DNA from: Terrimicrobiaceae bacterium
GTDB lineage: Bacteria > Verrucomicrobiota > Verrucomicrobiia > Chthoniobacterales > Terrimicrobiaceae
Assembly (NCBI GenBank): GCA_044342325.1
Contig: JBIIPZ010000027.1
Coordinates: 1-46,017, forward strand
Direction of reading: 5' to 3'
Length of the DNA: 46,017 nucleotides
The notes beneath the pieces were generated by a model. It made no database searches, was not told the origin of the DNA, and saw only the letters and a list, made by a program, of their open reading frames with translations. Below, one piece after another: positions 1 to 9,788 of the stretch. A program made the translations under genes and the position numbers. The first letter of the stretch is position 1. Every line of letters starts with the position of its first letter.

Positions 1-13
1 AGAATCTCAATTC

Positions 14-250
14 TCATCGAGTCTCTTGACATATTTCTTTTTTCGCTCGTTCCCAATCACCTTGGATTGGTGACTCTTTTTCGGCTCGGCGCTCGACTTG
101 CCTTACGATTGGCCTGATGTCCGGTGCGTCCTCGATGGGATCATGGAGTGCTCCTTCAGGGTCGTTCAGGCACTGTTCGGCCTGGGCTTTTTCGATGCGG
201 CGAAGCAACTCGGGGTCCCGAATCGGTTTTCCATAGGCGTTGGTGTGCAT
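14..250 (-). CDS. Small hypothetical protein (78 aa), possibly truncated or degenerate
   Basis: ATG-start ORF with charged, protein-like composition (HDPIEDAPDIRPIVRQVERRAE); no assignable function. Confidence 0.45.
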   Translation of the reverse strand: MHTNAYGKPIRDPELLRRIEKAQAEQCLNDPEGALHDPIEDAPDIRPIVRQVERRAEKESPIQGDWERAKKEICQETR

Positions 251-515
251 GACTCAAAAAGAAAACTCACTCTGCCGTGCAAAGCGTCTTGGGAATTGAG
301 TCTGCGGACGAATGCAACGCACGGTTGCTCTAATGGCGGAAAGAATTTTGGTAGTCATTTCGAGGGAGATTCTATCAACCCCGGTCGGACATCCGCTGGG
401 GGATTGGAAAAAATTCTAAAAAAATTTTGTGATCAAATGGGGGCACTCTAGGACGCATGAAGGAGTGCAAAAGTTTCCTCGGGAAGCTTAGCCCGAGAAC
501 CCCGCGACCTTCTGA

Positions 516-1211
516 TCAAGTGCCTTTCGTGTTTCCGAACAGCCTAATGTGCAATCTGTCGCAGTAACGGTTGCCTCGCTTCGTGCACAGGCTCACGAGT
601 TCCATTTGGCGTGAGGCGATGTGTGCTTCATCGGTTCCCTCTGGCATCAGGAGGACTTTTGATGCTGGCACGAGGATTCCGACGGACTCGATCAGCGCAT
701 CGATTTCGATCAAGTCTGAGGTTTGGGTGTAAACGAACTTGAGTTGGTAATTTCCGGCCTCCAGCCAAGCTCGCAGAATCTCGGGGCGCAGGCGTGTTTG
801 CTCGTGCCGCTGAATCCAGGCTTGATCGATCTGGTTGGGACTGGGTGTGGAATTGGAAAGTTTTGGGCTCAGGGAGGCGAGGTCGCAGGCGATTCCCTCG
901 GGAGACATGGTGCCTGCGGTTTCGATGGTTATGTGGAGACCTTCCGCTCGGAGTGCGGCAGCGAGTTCTTTGATTCCTCGCGCAATCATCGGTTCGCCGC
1001 CTGTGAGAACGCAGTGACGGGCGGGATGTTTTTTTACTTCTTTGATGATGTCCTCGATGGACATCTCCTCGCCCTCAGGCTTCCAAGAGGCATATGGCGT
1101 GTCGCACCAGCGGCAACGCAGATTGCATCCCGAAGTGCGGATGAAAACCGTCGGCACGCCGGTGAGTTCGCCCTCGCCTTGGATCGAATAGAAAATCTCG
1201 GAGATTCGCAT
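516..1211 (-). CDS. queE: 7-carboxy-7-deazaguanine synthase (radical SAM)
   Basis: EIFYSIQGEG N-terminus, CNLRCRWC (CxxxCxxC), VLTGGEP, IETAG; directly downstream of queC. Confidence 0.95.
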   Translation of the reverse strand: MRISEIFYSIQGEGELTGVPTVFIRTSGCNLRCRWCDTPYASWKPEGEEMSIEDIIKEVKKHPARHCVLTGGEPMIARGIKELAAALRAEGLHITIETAGTMSPEGIACDLASLSPKLSNSTPSPNQIDQAWIQRHEQTRLRPEILRAWLEAGNYQLKFVYTQTSDLIEIDALIESVGILVPASKVLLMPEGTDEAHIASRQMELVSLCTKRGNRYCDRLHIRLFGNTKGT

Positions 1212-1215
1212 GGCG

Positions 1216-1917
1216 TCAGAGCGGTTTCGGAGGCAGCGGGGCGTTGCTGAGGTATTGCGTCGGATCCTTCAAGCCCGCCAACTGGAAGGCCTCGCGGCGC
1301 TCGACGCAGGTTCCGCACTCGCCGCAATGTGTTTCGCCTCCGACATAGCAGGACCAAGTCTGCGAAAAATCCACGCCCAGTTCATGTCCCCGCCTGGCGA
1401 TTTCGGATTTCGTCATCGAAATGAACGGTCGCAGCAACTCGACATCCGCGTAGGTTCCCAGACGAATCGCATCGCCCATCGCCTGCATGAAGCCCTCGCG
1501 GCAGTCTGGGTAAATCGCATGGTCGCCGGAGTGCGCTGCAATTACGACTCCCGTCGCGTGCCGACTCTCCGCAAGACCTGCCGCCACGGCGAGCATGATG
1601 CCATTTCGGAACGGCACCACAGTCTGCTTCATCGTTTCCTCTTCATAGTGCCCCTTGGGGATTGAGGCGCCTGATTTGAGGAGGTGGGATTCAAAGAGGC
1701 TCCCCATGAAATCCAGCGGAATCGTGAGGTGCGCTGTTCCCAACAGGTCCGCATGGTAAGCAGCAAAAGGAATCTCCCGGTCGTTGTGCTTCGATCCGTA
1801 GTGGAAACTCAGCGCCGCAACCACTTCGTGCTCTCTCGCTGCCGCGTGCAGCGCCACGACAGAATCCATGCCCCCACTGCAAAGGACGATGACGCGTTTT
1901 TTCAAGCTCTCAGACAT
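1216..1917 (-). CDS. queC: 7-cyano-7-deazaguanine synthase
   Basis: SGGMDS PP-loop, VPFRN, YPDCR, C-terminal Zn site SCY..HCGECGTC. Confidence 0.97.
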   Translation of the reverse strand: MSESLKKRVIVLCSGGMDSVVALHAAAREHEVVAALSFHYGSKHNDREIPFAAYHADLLGTAHLTIPLDFMGSLFESHLLKSGASIPKGHYEEETMKQTVVPFRNGIMLAVAAGLAESRHATGVVIAAHSGDHAIYPDCREGFMQAMGDAIRLGTYADVELLRPFISMTKSEIARRGHELGVDFSQTWSCYVGGETHCGECGTCVERREAFQLAGLKDPTQYLSNAPLPPKPL

Positions 1918-2039
1918 GGGAAAATCTTGTAACCAAGCCGTGACTCCGCCGCGAGCCTTGATTCTTCAGCAGCCAAAGCCTTCAGAGAGCTCTTCCGAAT
2001 TTGGTTTGATTGCCACGGGCACGCAGGGAAATTGATTCT

Positions 2040-3458
2040 ATGAATACAGCTGCATGGCTGAAGTGTATCGTTTCTTCAATCGGAGCGGTGGGTCTTATTT
2101 ATGTCCTGATCGTGCCTGCGCCTGCCGGGTTGCCGCTCGCTGGTTGGCACACCTTGGGCGTTGCGGTTCTCATGGCTTCGCTGTGGGTCTCGGAGGCGAT
2201 TCCTTTCGCCGTTACGGCTATGTTGCCGCTGGTGTTTTTTCCCATGCTCGGCATCTGCGGAATGGCAGGTGCGGCCGCGCCTTTTGCCAATCCCGTGATC
2301 TTTTTATTTTTAGGCGGTATGCTCATCGCGCAAGGGATGCAGAGTTGCCATCTCCATACCAGATTGGCGTTCTTCCTCCTGCGGCTCGCCGGCACGCGCC
2401 AATCGTCGATCCTAGGCGCCTTCCTTCTGGCATCCGCCCTGCTTTCCATGTGGATCAGTAATACGGCGGTCGCCCTCATCATGCTTCCGATTGCTGTATC
2501 GGCCATCAGCCTCTTTCGCGAGGGGAGTGAAAAAAACTTCGCAGCCGCGTTGGTTTTATCTGTCGCCTATGGAAGCAGTATCGGTGGCATGGCGACGCTT
2601 GTGGGAACGCCTTCGAATGCCATTTTTGCAGGGTTTATGGAGGAATCCTACGGCATCGCAATTAGCTTTCCGCTGTGGATGGCAATAACCCTGCCGATCT
2701 CTTTCATCTTGCTGATCTCGGCGTGGATTATCCTAACTCGCGGGGTTTTTCGTCTCGGCGGTCGGATGGCTGTGGGGGAGAACTTTCTGGAGCGAGAAAA
2801 ACTTCCGCCCCTCGGCTTTGGCGGCATCGGAGTTATCGTAGTATTTGCCATTTCAGCCGTCCTTTGGATTGTGCGGGGATTCCTTGAAACGCGTCTGCCG
2901 TGGCTTTCCGATGCGGGCATAGCCATGGCAGGCGGATTAGCGCTCTTTTTTCTACCAAGTGGTTCCCCAGGTGGAGGGCCTGTTCTCAAGGCGGAAACCT
3001 TGAAAAAAATTCCCATCGATGTGCTTCTTCTGATCGGTGGTGGGCTGAGTCTCGCGGCGGCGATGCAATCCAGCGGTCTCGCTACATGGATCGGTGGCCT
3101 TGGTGCCCATGTGGGTCATTTCCCACCCTCTGTGTTGCTTGCGGTGACATCCATCGTGACCATTGGTCTGGCTGAGTTTACCAGCAACACCGCAACCACA
3201 GCGGCATTTCTACCCGTCGCCAGCGCTCTGGCTGTGGGACTCGGTTACTCCCCCGTCGCCCTCTCCATGGCGTTGACCTTGGCGAGTAGTTGCGGATTTA
3301 TGATGCCCGTTTCAACTCCGCCCAATGCGATTGTTTACGGTTCAGGCTATGTGACACTGCCTCAGATGCTCCGCGCGGGCTTCCTGCTTAACCTCGGTGC
3401 CTGGTTCCTCATATCTGTCTGGTTTGGATGGTTTGTTCCACGGCTATTTGCGTTTTGA
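2040..3458 (+). CDS. DASS/SLC13-family Na+:dicarboxylate/sulfate symporter
   Basis: Many TM helices; two SNT motifs (WISNT, FTSNT), GTPSN and STPPNAI motifs; ATG at 2040 chosen as start. Confidence 0.9.
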   Translation: MNTAAWLKCIVSSIGAVGLIYVLIVPAPAGLPLAGWHTLGVAVLMASLWVSEAIPFAVTAMLPLVFFPMLGICGMAGAAAPFANPVIFLFLGGMLIAQGMQSCHLHTRLAFFLLRLAGTRQSSILGAFLLASALLSMWISNTAVALIMLPIAVSAISLFREGSEKNFAAALVLSVAYGSSIGGMATLVGTPSNAIFAGFMEESYGIAISFPLWMAITLPISFILLISAWIILTRGVFRLGGRMAVGENFLEREKLPPLGFGGIGVIVVFAISAVLWIVRGFLETRLPWLSDAGIAMAGGLALFFLPSGSPGGGPVLKAETLKKIPIDVLLLIGGGLSLAAAMQSSGLATWIGGLGAHVGHFPPSVLLAVTSIVTIGLAEFTSNTATTAAFLPVASALAVGLGYSPVALSMALTLASSCGFMMPVSTPPNAIVYGSGYVTLPQMLRAGFLLNLGAWFLISVWFGWFVPRLFAF

Positions 3459-3544
3459 TGGGGCGCCTTGCCTGGATTGTTTGACCGAGCGTCTAAAGGG
3501 TGGGCTGGATTCGAAAAATCGGCCAGTGTAGGTTGAGACATTCA

Positions 3545-6500
3545 ATGAAGAACGGACGGAGTAGGAAATTCTATCAATCGACGAGATTTTGGCTTGTCGC
3601 TGCTGCAGTCGTGACCCTCATGCTGGTGGGGCAGGGGCCGTTTTTGTCTTTTGTCGTGCGGCAATTTGTCGAGCGGGGCATGGCTCGGCAGGGGTTGGTT
3701 TTTCGTGCGGATTCGCTGCGTGCGGCTGCGTTTGCTCCCGTTGTGATCGAGGGCGTCTCGATTCGCCCGACCGAAAAGGGGCGCGGAGGGCCGATAGTTC
3801 ACATGGAACGCCTTGAGATCGTGTGGAGCGGGCCAGGCCGTTTCCTCTCGGGTTGGAGACACTGGGTTCACTCGGTGTCTGCTGAGGGAATGAATGTCGT
3901 GGTGGATTTGCGGCGCCCTGAGAAGTCCGTGCCGCGCGATCAGGCGGGATTTGATGACGCCGCCAGTGTGGTCGGGCTTTTCGCGCCCGGCGGGGCTTGG
4001 CCTTCCCTCATCGAAATCCGGAATGGATCGGCGGAGGTGCTGGGCGAAAATTTCCGCCATGTTCTCGATGGTTTGGATCTGTCTCTGAACTCCGAAGCGC
4101 ATGGTCGCATTCGTCTGGAGACTCTCACGGTGCAGGCTGGGAAGTTTAACAAGGTGTTCGGTCCATTCACCGCGCCGACAACATGGGAGCAGGGAAATGC
4201 GAGTCTGGCCGGCCTGGATTTGGTGCCTGGAATCACCCTCAGCGATGTCTCATTGCGTCTGGGCTCGTTGTCCGGTCCATCCCTGTCTTTCAGTGCCCGC
4301 GTTTTTGGCGGCGCGTTGAGAGGTGATGTCAATCTGAGCAAGGGGCCTCGCGGCAAGGTCTGGGATATCGCCGCCTTCGGTTCGAATATCGCTGTCGATG
4401 ATCTTCCTGCCTTACTGGATTTGAGTGGAAAGGCGAGGGGGACGCTGGCAGAAGGGCGCTTCACATTCCGGGGCGATGCCGAGCGACCGGTGGATGCTGA
4501 GTCCTCGCTGCGGGTTTTGGCAAAGGATTTTCGCTGGAATGACCGCGGTTGGGACTCTCTGGAAATCGGAGCCAGCCTCATTCATCGCCGCCTGCTCATT
4601 TCGAATTTCGACCTGCGTCAAAAGGAGAACAAGGTAACGGTGAACGGGGAAATCTCGCTTGCCGAGGGCTGGAGCAAGATTTCGGAGTCGCCATTCCTTG
4701 CGAACATCCGAGCGAATATCAAGGAACTCGATTCGTTGGCAGGTTTGCTCGGTGGCCCGCTGGGCCAAACATCTGGTCAACTCACTGCAGAGGGCTCTGT
4801 GAGTGGACGGCCTGGCTCGCTGGATGGATTCCTGGGCATTCGCGCCACCGGCGTCGTCTACCAATCTGTGCCAGTGGAGCGCATGAACCTCGAACTTCTT
4901 TTTAGGAAAAAACAGATCGATCTCGTCCGCTGCGAAATGGTCTCGGGCAAGGATGCACTCAATGCCAAAGGCACGGTGGACCTCGCCGCGCCCCACGCCT
5001 ACTCCGCGGAGTTGAATGCGACCCTCGCGGAAGTGGCCACCTATCTGCGTCCGTTTTACGACAAGGGCAGCGGCGCTGTATCCGGCGGCGCGATGGGAAT
5101 CCGCTGGAAAGGCAAAGGCGTTGCCAACGCGCATTCGGGTGAGTTCGATGTCGATTTATCGCGATTTGCCTCGTCGCTAACTCCGGCGGGATTGACCGGG
5201 CATTTCGTTGGTTTTTATTCGCCGGAGAGCCTGTATTTTTCGGACCTTGATCTGGAAAACGGCAATACGCATCTGCGAACCAGGGCGACTGTTTCATCCA
5301 CGGGCCTGACACTTGAAGGCTTGGAGTTGACCGGTGCCTCCAAACCTTTGCTGTCGGGTTCCGCCTTCTTGCCGGTGGATGCGCTCGCAATTCTGCGCGG
5401 TGCGGATTGGAAAGCTGCGGTGCTTCAGAGCGGGGACATGTATGTGCGGGCCACTACTCCGGCGGAAATCGACTTGCGCGATCTGCTGCGGCTCGCAGGG
5501 CAGGATCGGCCTCTCAGCGGCCTCGTGAAAATGCAGTTGGAGGCTTCCGGGCCGCCCTCACGGCCGAATTTCAATGCCCTCGTCAAGGGGCGCGAGGTCG
5601 CATTTGGCGGTGGTAATGTTCCGCCATCCACCGTCGAGATTGATCTGAAAACCCAGGCGGGCGATGCGACCCTCAATGGCAAAGTCGAGTCCGCAGGCAT
5701 GGCTCCGGCTGTTTTCAAAGCCACTTTCCCGCTCGGCCTCTCGCAGGACAAGGAGGGAACACTGCGTTGGATCGACTCCCAAGCTCCCTTTCAAGCCGAT
5801 GTCGAAATGCCCCGCTTGGATCTCGCGCTGGCCCGGCCGATCCTTCCTTTTCTGCACAAACTTCGCGGCGAGATTTCGGGGCACGCGAAGATCATTAATA
5901 CGAGTGATTCGTTGAAAGTTACGGGCGAGGCCGAGGTGCGCGGGACAAGTTTTGGTTTCGAGGGATTGGCTGCGGGTGTGGAGGCTCTGCACGGCAAGAT
6001 TGCCGTGGTTGATGGGGTTCTCTTGTTTCAAAATATCGAGGGAGAGGTTGGGCGGGGGCGCTTTGCTATGGAGGGAAGTTGCGAGTTTGCTGAGCCATGG
6101 AAGCCCAAGTGGGACCTGCGTTGGCGGGCGGATCGTGTTCCTCTGGCGAGCCATGCCGCTTTGGCGCTTCTGGCCACGGGCGAACTCCAAGCTGTGGGTA
6201 GTCAGGAAGGTGGTGCGTTGTCTGGAAGGATCGGATTCGAAGGCTCCCTGATTCATGGCGCATTTTCGCTCCAAGCATTGCTTTCACAAAAGCTGGCATC
6301 GGTTCCGAATTTCCCATCGGCAGCCCGGATTCTCTCAAAGCTCACGCCTTCGGCGGATTGGCTTCTGAATGTAAAAATCGACGGCGGTTCTGGCGTCGAA
6401 GTGCGAGGAGGCAAGTTCAGTGCCTTCCTTGCGCCTGATTTGCGCTTGCTTGGAACCGCAGGCCAACCGCTGCCTGTCGGGCATGTTCTGTTGTCGGGTA

Positions 6501-6943
6501 TCGATGCAGGAGGCTTCTTTATCGAATCTGGCGAACTGTTTTTCCTGGCTGATGATCCATGGAATCCCTTCCTCCTTGTCGAAGGCGAGGGCTGGTTTGC
6601 GAATCAATTGATACACGCCTTTGCATTTGGCCCTTTGAGCGAGTGCAAATGGATTCTCTCATCCAGCGAGGATCTGGGCCAATCGCCGCAGGATCTTTTT
6701 CTCGCGGTCGAGAAAGGCTGGTCTCCGGCGGTAACTGACGGCATGGCACCGCTCGATATGAAGCTCTACGAGGATTCTCGAGAGGGAGTCCACCGCGTCG
6801 TGAGTTCCCGAATAGAAGCGGACTCCGTCTGGCGAAATGGCGTGAAGTTCAGCGAGAGTATGGACTTCGCACCCGGAGCAGGAATTTTTCCGATAGACTC
6901 CTTCCGCTCGGGCTTCGAGTGGAGACTCGATCCGGTTTTTTAG
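3545..6943 (+). CDS. AsmA/TamB-like large beta-rich envelope protein
   Basis: Single N-terminal TM anchor followed by ~1100 aa of Gly-rich amphipathic beta-strand repeats; TamB-like C-terminal segment (DLRLLGTAGQP..G). Confidence 0.65.
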   Translation: MKNGRSRKFYQSTRFWLVAAAVVTLMLVGQGPFLSFVVRQFVERGMARQGLVFRADSLRAAAFAPVVIEGVSIRPTEKGRGGPIVHMERLEIVWSGPGRFLSGWRHWVHSVSAEGMNVVVDLRRPEKSVPRDQAGFDDAASVVGLFAPGGAWPSLIEIRNGSAEVLGENFRHVLDGLDLSLNSEAHGRIRLETLTVQAGKFNKVFGPFTAPTTWEQGNASLAGLDLVPGITLSDVSLRLGSLSGPSLSFSARVFGGALRGDVNLSKGPRGKVWDIAAFGSNIAVDDLPALLDLSGKARGTLAEGRFTFRGDAERPVDAESSLRVLAKDFRWNDRGWDSLEIGASLIHRRLLISNFDLRQKENKVTVNGEISLAEGWSKISESPFLANIRANIKELDSLAGLLGGPLGQTSGQLTAEGSVSGRPGSLDGFLGIRATGVVYQSVPVERMNLELLFRKKQIDLVRCEMVSGKDALNAKGTVDLAAPHAYSAELNATLAEVATYLRPFYDKGSGAVSGGAMGIRWKGKGVANAHSGEFDVDLSRFASSLTPAGLTGHFVGFYSPESLYFSDLDLENGNTHLRTRATVSSTGLTLEGLELTGASKPLLSGSAFLPVDALAILRGADWKAAVLQSGDMYVRATTPAEIDLRDLLRLAGQDRPLSGLVKMQLEASGPPSRPNFNALVKGREVAFGGGNVPPSTVEIDLKTQAGDATLNGKVESAGMAPAVFKATFPLGLSQDKEGTLRWIDSQAPFQADVEMPRLDLALARPILPFLHKLRGEISGHAKIINTSDSLKVTGEAEVRGTSFGFEGLAAGVEALHGKIAVVDGVLLFQNIEGEVGRGRFAMEGSCEFAEPWKPKWDLRWRADRVPLASHAALALLATGELQAVGSQEGGALSGRIGFEGSLIHGAFSLQALLSQKLASVPNFPSAARILSKLTPSADWLLNVKIDGGSGVEVRGGKFSAFLAPDLRLLGTAGQPLPVGHVLLSGIDAGGFFIESGELFFLADDPWNPFLLVEGEGWFANQLIHAFAFGPLSECKWILSSSEDLGQSPQDLFLAVEKGWSPAVTDGMAPLDMKLYEDSREGVHRVVSSRIEADSVWRNGVKFSESMDFAPGAGIFPIDSFRSGFEWRLDPVF

Positions 6944-6949
6944 TCTCCT

Positions 6950-7966
6950 TCAGCGCGTGCCGCTGATCAGTTCTACAAAACGGTGCCCTGAGTCGGTCAG
7001 GCGGGGCGAGCCTTTGGATCCGGCTATGATGCCCCGGGTGGCGGCATGGTAGGCGTAGGGCGTCTCCTTCACCCACTCGAGTCGAGGTTCCAAGGGTGGT
7101 TGGTTGGCTGCAACGGCTTTTACCGGGACGCCGTATTGGGTGAAGGAAACTGTCCAACCGCGCGGTGAGGCGGGCTCGCCATCGGGAACGATCCATGGGT
7201 AGTTGCGGATGATGGAAAGATTCGGCGAGTCGGGGATGGTGATTTGATAGGCTACATCTTGGTTGCGGATGTGCTCCTTGAGGCTGAATGCGGGATTTTT
7301 TGCTGATTCCAGGAGGATGGCTGCGGGCTCCATGCCGACCAGATTGAATCCATGGTAGATGCCGTGTTTGTTGGGGGAGCCTGAAAAGTAGCGGTGATAC
7401 CAGGTTTCGAAGTCCTCGTTCAGCAGGACAGCGATTTCCAAGTGGAGGTGGGCTCGCTCGCGGTTGATGCCAGCTCCTGTGAAGCCCATTTTTCCGATCA
7501 CTTCGCCTTGGGCGACTTTCTGGCCAGCTTGGGCGGAGATGGTGCTGAGGTGGGCATAGAGTGTGTAAATCGGGCTGCCTTCGATGAGGTGGCGGATCAC
7601 AACATAGCGGCCGTAGTTCGAGGCTCCTGCTTCATGGCTCACATGGACGACGGTTCCTGCGGCGCAGGATTTCACGTCGTCGAGAGGGTTGCCCGCCGCG
7701 TCGCGGTGCACGGGGGCGATGTCGATGCCCTCATGCAGTGTGCCATAGACGATTTCCGCCCCCACGCGCTTAGGACCGCGCACATAGCCATAGGAACCGC
7801 CTTCCCAGGGCTTCGTTTCGACGCCCTCGAAGTTCCGATCCACATACATGTAGAAGTCCTGTGGTCGGCCTTCTAGGAGGGCCTTGTTCTCCGTAGGCCA
7901 ATCGAAAAGCGCGGCGCAGAGTGGAGTGGTGGCAGCAAATAGAGTGAGGATGAATCGCGAGATCAT
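6950..7966 (-). CDS. M23-family metallopeptidase, secreted
   Basis: Signal peptide; HEGIDI, YAHL and HLHLEI Zn motifs. Confidence 0.9.
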   Translation of the reverse strand: MISRFILTLFAATTPLCAALFDWPTENKALLEGRPQDFYMYVDRNFEGVETKPWEGGSYGYVRGPKRVGAEIVYGTLHEGIDIAPVHRDAAGNPLDDVKSCAAGTVVHVSHEAGASNYGRYVVIRHLIEGSPIYTLYAHLSTISAQAGQKVAQGEVIGKMGFTGAGINRERAHLHLEIAVLLNEDFETWYHRYFSGSPNKHGIYHGFNLVGMEPAAILLESAKNPAFSLKEHIRNQDVAYQITIPDSPNLSIIRNYPWIVPDGEPASPRGWTVSFTQYGVPVKAVAANQPPLEPRLEWVKETPYAYHAATRGIIAGSKGSPRLTDSGHRFVELISGTR

Positions 7967-8487
7967 GGCACGGTTTCTTCTTTCGCCGGGCGGCGTGGCT
8001 TTTTCCCGAATTCGGATTCCCTTCCGATAATCGGGAATTGTTTTTGCAGGAGCAGGATTTCTTCGGGCTGGATGCCGCCTGGGACAAAGAGAATGCCATC
8101 ATTCACTGCGGAGTTGATCTTCATGTTTGCCACAATACGGCCGTTGATCAGGACGATCGCGGTGCGTCCCTTATCCTCCACGGTGAATTGCTGGAGCTTG
8201 TTCGCTCCATGGGCGTCGAGGCGGAAATAGGCTCCGACCTGCCCATCATTTCCAGGAAACGGGAAGAAGGCTTTGATGTCGCGCTCACTCGTCACCGGCA
8301 CATTGCGCATGAAAATTTTTACGGGCGGGTTGTTGAGTTGGACTTCGCTGGAAAAAGATGGCCCATCACTGGCGGTGCCCTCGCCATGCAGACGGATCGT
8401 CAATGTTGGAGATTTTTTGCCCCCCGCAAAGAGGAGGCTTGGGAGCAGAGTCGCCACGAGGATCAACAAAATGCCGGGTATTTTCAT
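7963..8487 (-). CDS. Secreted hypothetical protein with a SecDF P1-head-like segment
   Basis: Signal peptide; FRLDAHGANKLQQFT..KGRTAIVLINGRIV resembles the SecD P1 head; 4-bp overlap with the M23 gene. Confidence 0.6.
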   Translation of the reverse strand: MKIPGILLILVATLLPSLLFAGGKKSPTLTIRLHGEGTASDGPSFSSEVQLNNPPVKIFMRNVPVTSERDIKAFFPFPGNDGQVGAYFRLDAHGANKLQQFTVEDKGRTAIVLINGRIVANMKINSAVNDGILFVPGGIQPEEILLLQKQFPIIGRESEFGKKPRRPAKEETVP

Positions 8488-8576
8488 AAATGGAGGCAAG
8501 CCCGCCATGGGCGGCGTGAAGGTATTCGGATTGATAGGATTTGCAACCGCGCGCTTGCTTGTTTACGGATAAGATC

Positions 8577-9215
8577 ATGAATCGCCTCGTTGCTCTTCTC
8601 CTCCTTGCTCCAATGATTTTTGTTCAAGCTCAGGATGGATCATCTGCCTTTGCCGATACACCTCCGGATGAGTCGACCCCGTTTTTTGTTTCAGGGGGAG
8701 CACGGGCGGAGGAAGCGATTCAAACGGAAATCAGGAATTCGCCTGCGACTGGATATCCCCGTGTGAAAGAAGGCCCCGACTCCACTTTCGGACAAATTGG
8801 CAGCTTTTTCACTGGCTTGATCCCGCCAATACGCTTGGGCAGTGCCCAAGAGGCTTCTGAGTCGGCCTCGCTCGCAGTAAATTCCCAAGATCCGGTTTTG
8901 CAAAATCAGCGCGAATTGGGCGTCACTTACACTGTGCGGAACAATTCGAAAGAGATGACGAGGCTGGAGTTCCCGACCACGCAGCATATCGAGATTCTGG
9001 CGAGAAACGCATCCGGTGCCGTTGTCGAGCGTTGGTCGGACGATCGCGGATTCCAGAGAGACGAGGGGATTGTCGTCATCAACCCCCGCGAGCGTATCGA
9101 GTATCAGGAAAAAATTTCCACACGCGAACTGCGAGCCGGGCAAGCATACACTGTCGAAGCCGCTTTAAAAACCCAGCCCGATCACTCCGTCAGCCTGCCT
9201 GTAAATCCCCGATAA
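8577..9215 (+). CDS. Secreted protein with a BsuPI-like (Ig-fold proteinase inhibitor) domain
   Basis: Signal peptide; YTVRNNSKE..LEFPTTQHIEI..VVERWSDDRGF..VINP pattern recalls BsuPI. Confidence 0.65.
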   Translation: MNRLVALLLLAPMIFVQAQDGSSAFADTPPDESTPFFVSGGARAEEAIQTEIRNSPATGYPRVKEGPDSTFGQIGSFFTGLIPPIRLGSAQEASESASLAVNSQDPVLQNQRELGVTYTVRNNSKEMTRLEFPTTQHIEILARNASGAVVERWSDDRGFQRDEGIVVINPRERIEYQEKISTRELRAGQAYTVEAALKTQPDHSVSLPVNPR

Positions 9216-9239
9216 ATCTTAAAATCCCTCCCCTTTCGA

Positions 9240-9776
9240 TTGAAAGACCTCCTCCCCAAGTTTGCCCTGATTTTACTGCTTGTTCCGGCTTCCCTTCCTG
9301 CACAGCAGCAGGAAAAGAAGCTTCTCGAACGCATTAATCGTCCCGACATGGAGCTGGGAAGTCCCCTCCAATCCAAATCCTACCAAGGAGCGGCAGGCCT
9401 CAAAATTCAGGGTTCCCCGGTTTCGGATAAAACCTATGGAACGCCCCAGTCCCGCAATCTGAAAGAATTTCAGGGTTCGCGTTCTTTTCTTGGGATAAAA
9501 AACCCATGGTTCGGTCAACTGACCTACGATGCCAAGTCCGCATCCTTGTCGCCTCGCGGCGGTGCCGAACTCTCGAAGGCCTATTCGGTCAAACCCGCCG
9601 CGGTGACCTCCTATGCCGCCTCTTCTCGAAGCGCCAATTCATCGAAACCGCAAGTTCCCTTGCAGTCTTTTCTCGTTCAAGGCGAGGCCCAGGGTGCCAT
9701 GCAGCAGATTTCCGACAGGGTGAAAAAAGAAATGACAATTGACGATGTGCGCGAGTTGTTGAACAAACCCCGTTGA
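9240..9776 (+). CDS. Secreted hypothetical protein
   Basis: TTG start, signal peptide, C-terminal MTIDDVRELLNK; fills the gap between co-oriented genes. Confidence 0.7.
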   Translation: MKDLLPKFALILLLVPASLPAQQQEKKLLERINRPDMELGSPLQSKSYQGAAGLKIQGSPVSDKTYGTPQSRNLKEFQGSRSFLGIKNPWFGQLTYDAKSASLSPRGGAELSKAYSVKPAAVTSYAASSRSANSSKPQVPLQSFLVQGEAQGAMQQISDRVKKEMTIDDVRELLNKPR

Positions 9777-9788
9777 CCTATTTTTACC

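Noticed and set aside
443..468. CIRCE (HrcA) element GCACTC..GAGTGC
   Set aside because: Spacer is 14 nt rather than 9, the outer TTA/TAA are missing, and it is not upstream of a chaperone gene.
516..1917. queC/queE as part of a 7-deazaguanine DNA-modification (dpd) or QatABCD defence system
   Set aside because: Canonical sequences with no dpdA or qat neighbours; queA in the same window points to ordinary queuosine synthesis.
1918..2039. preQ1 riboswitch upstream of queC
   Set aside because: No preQ1-I stem with a following A-rich tail is visible on the minus strand.
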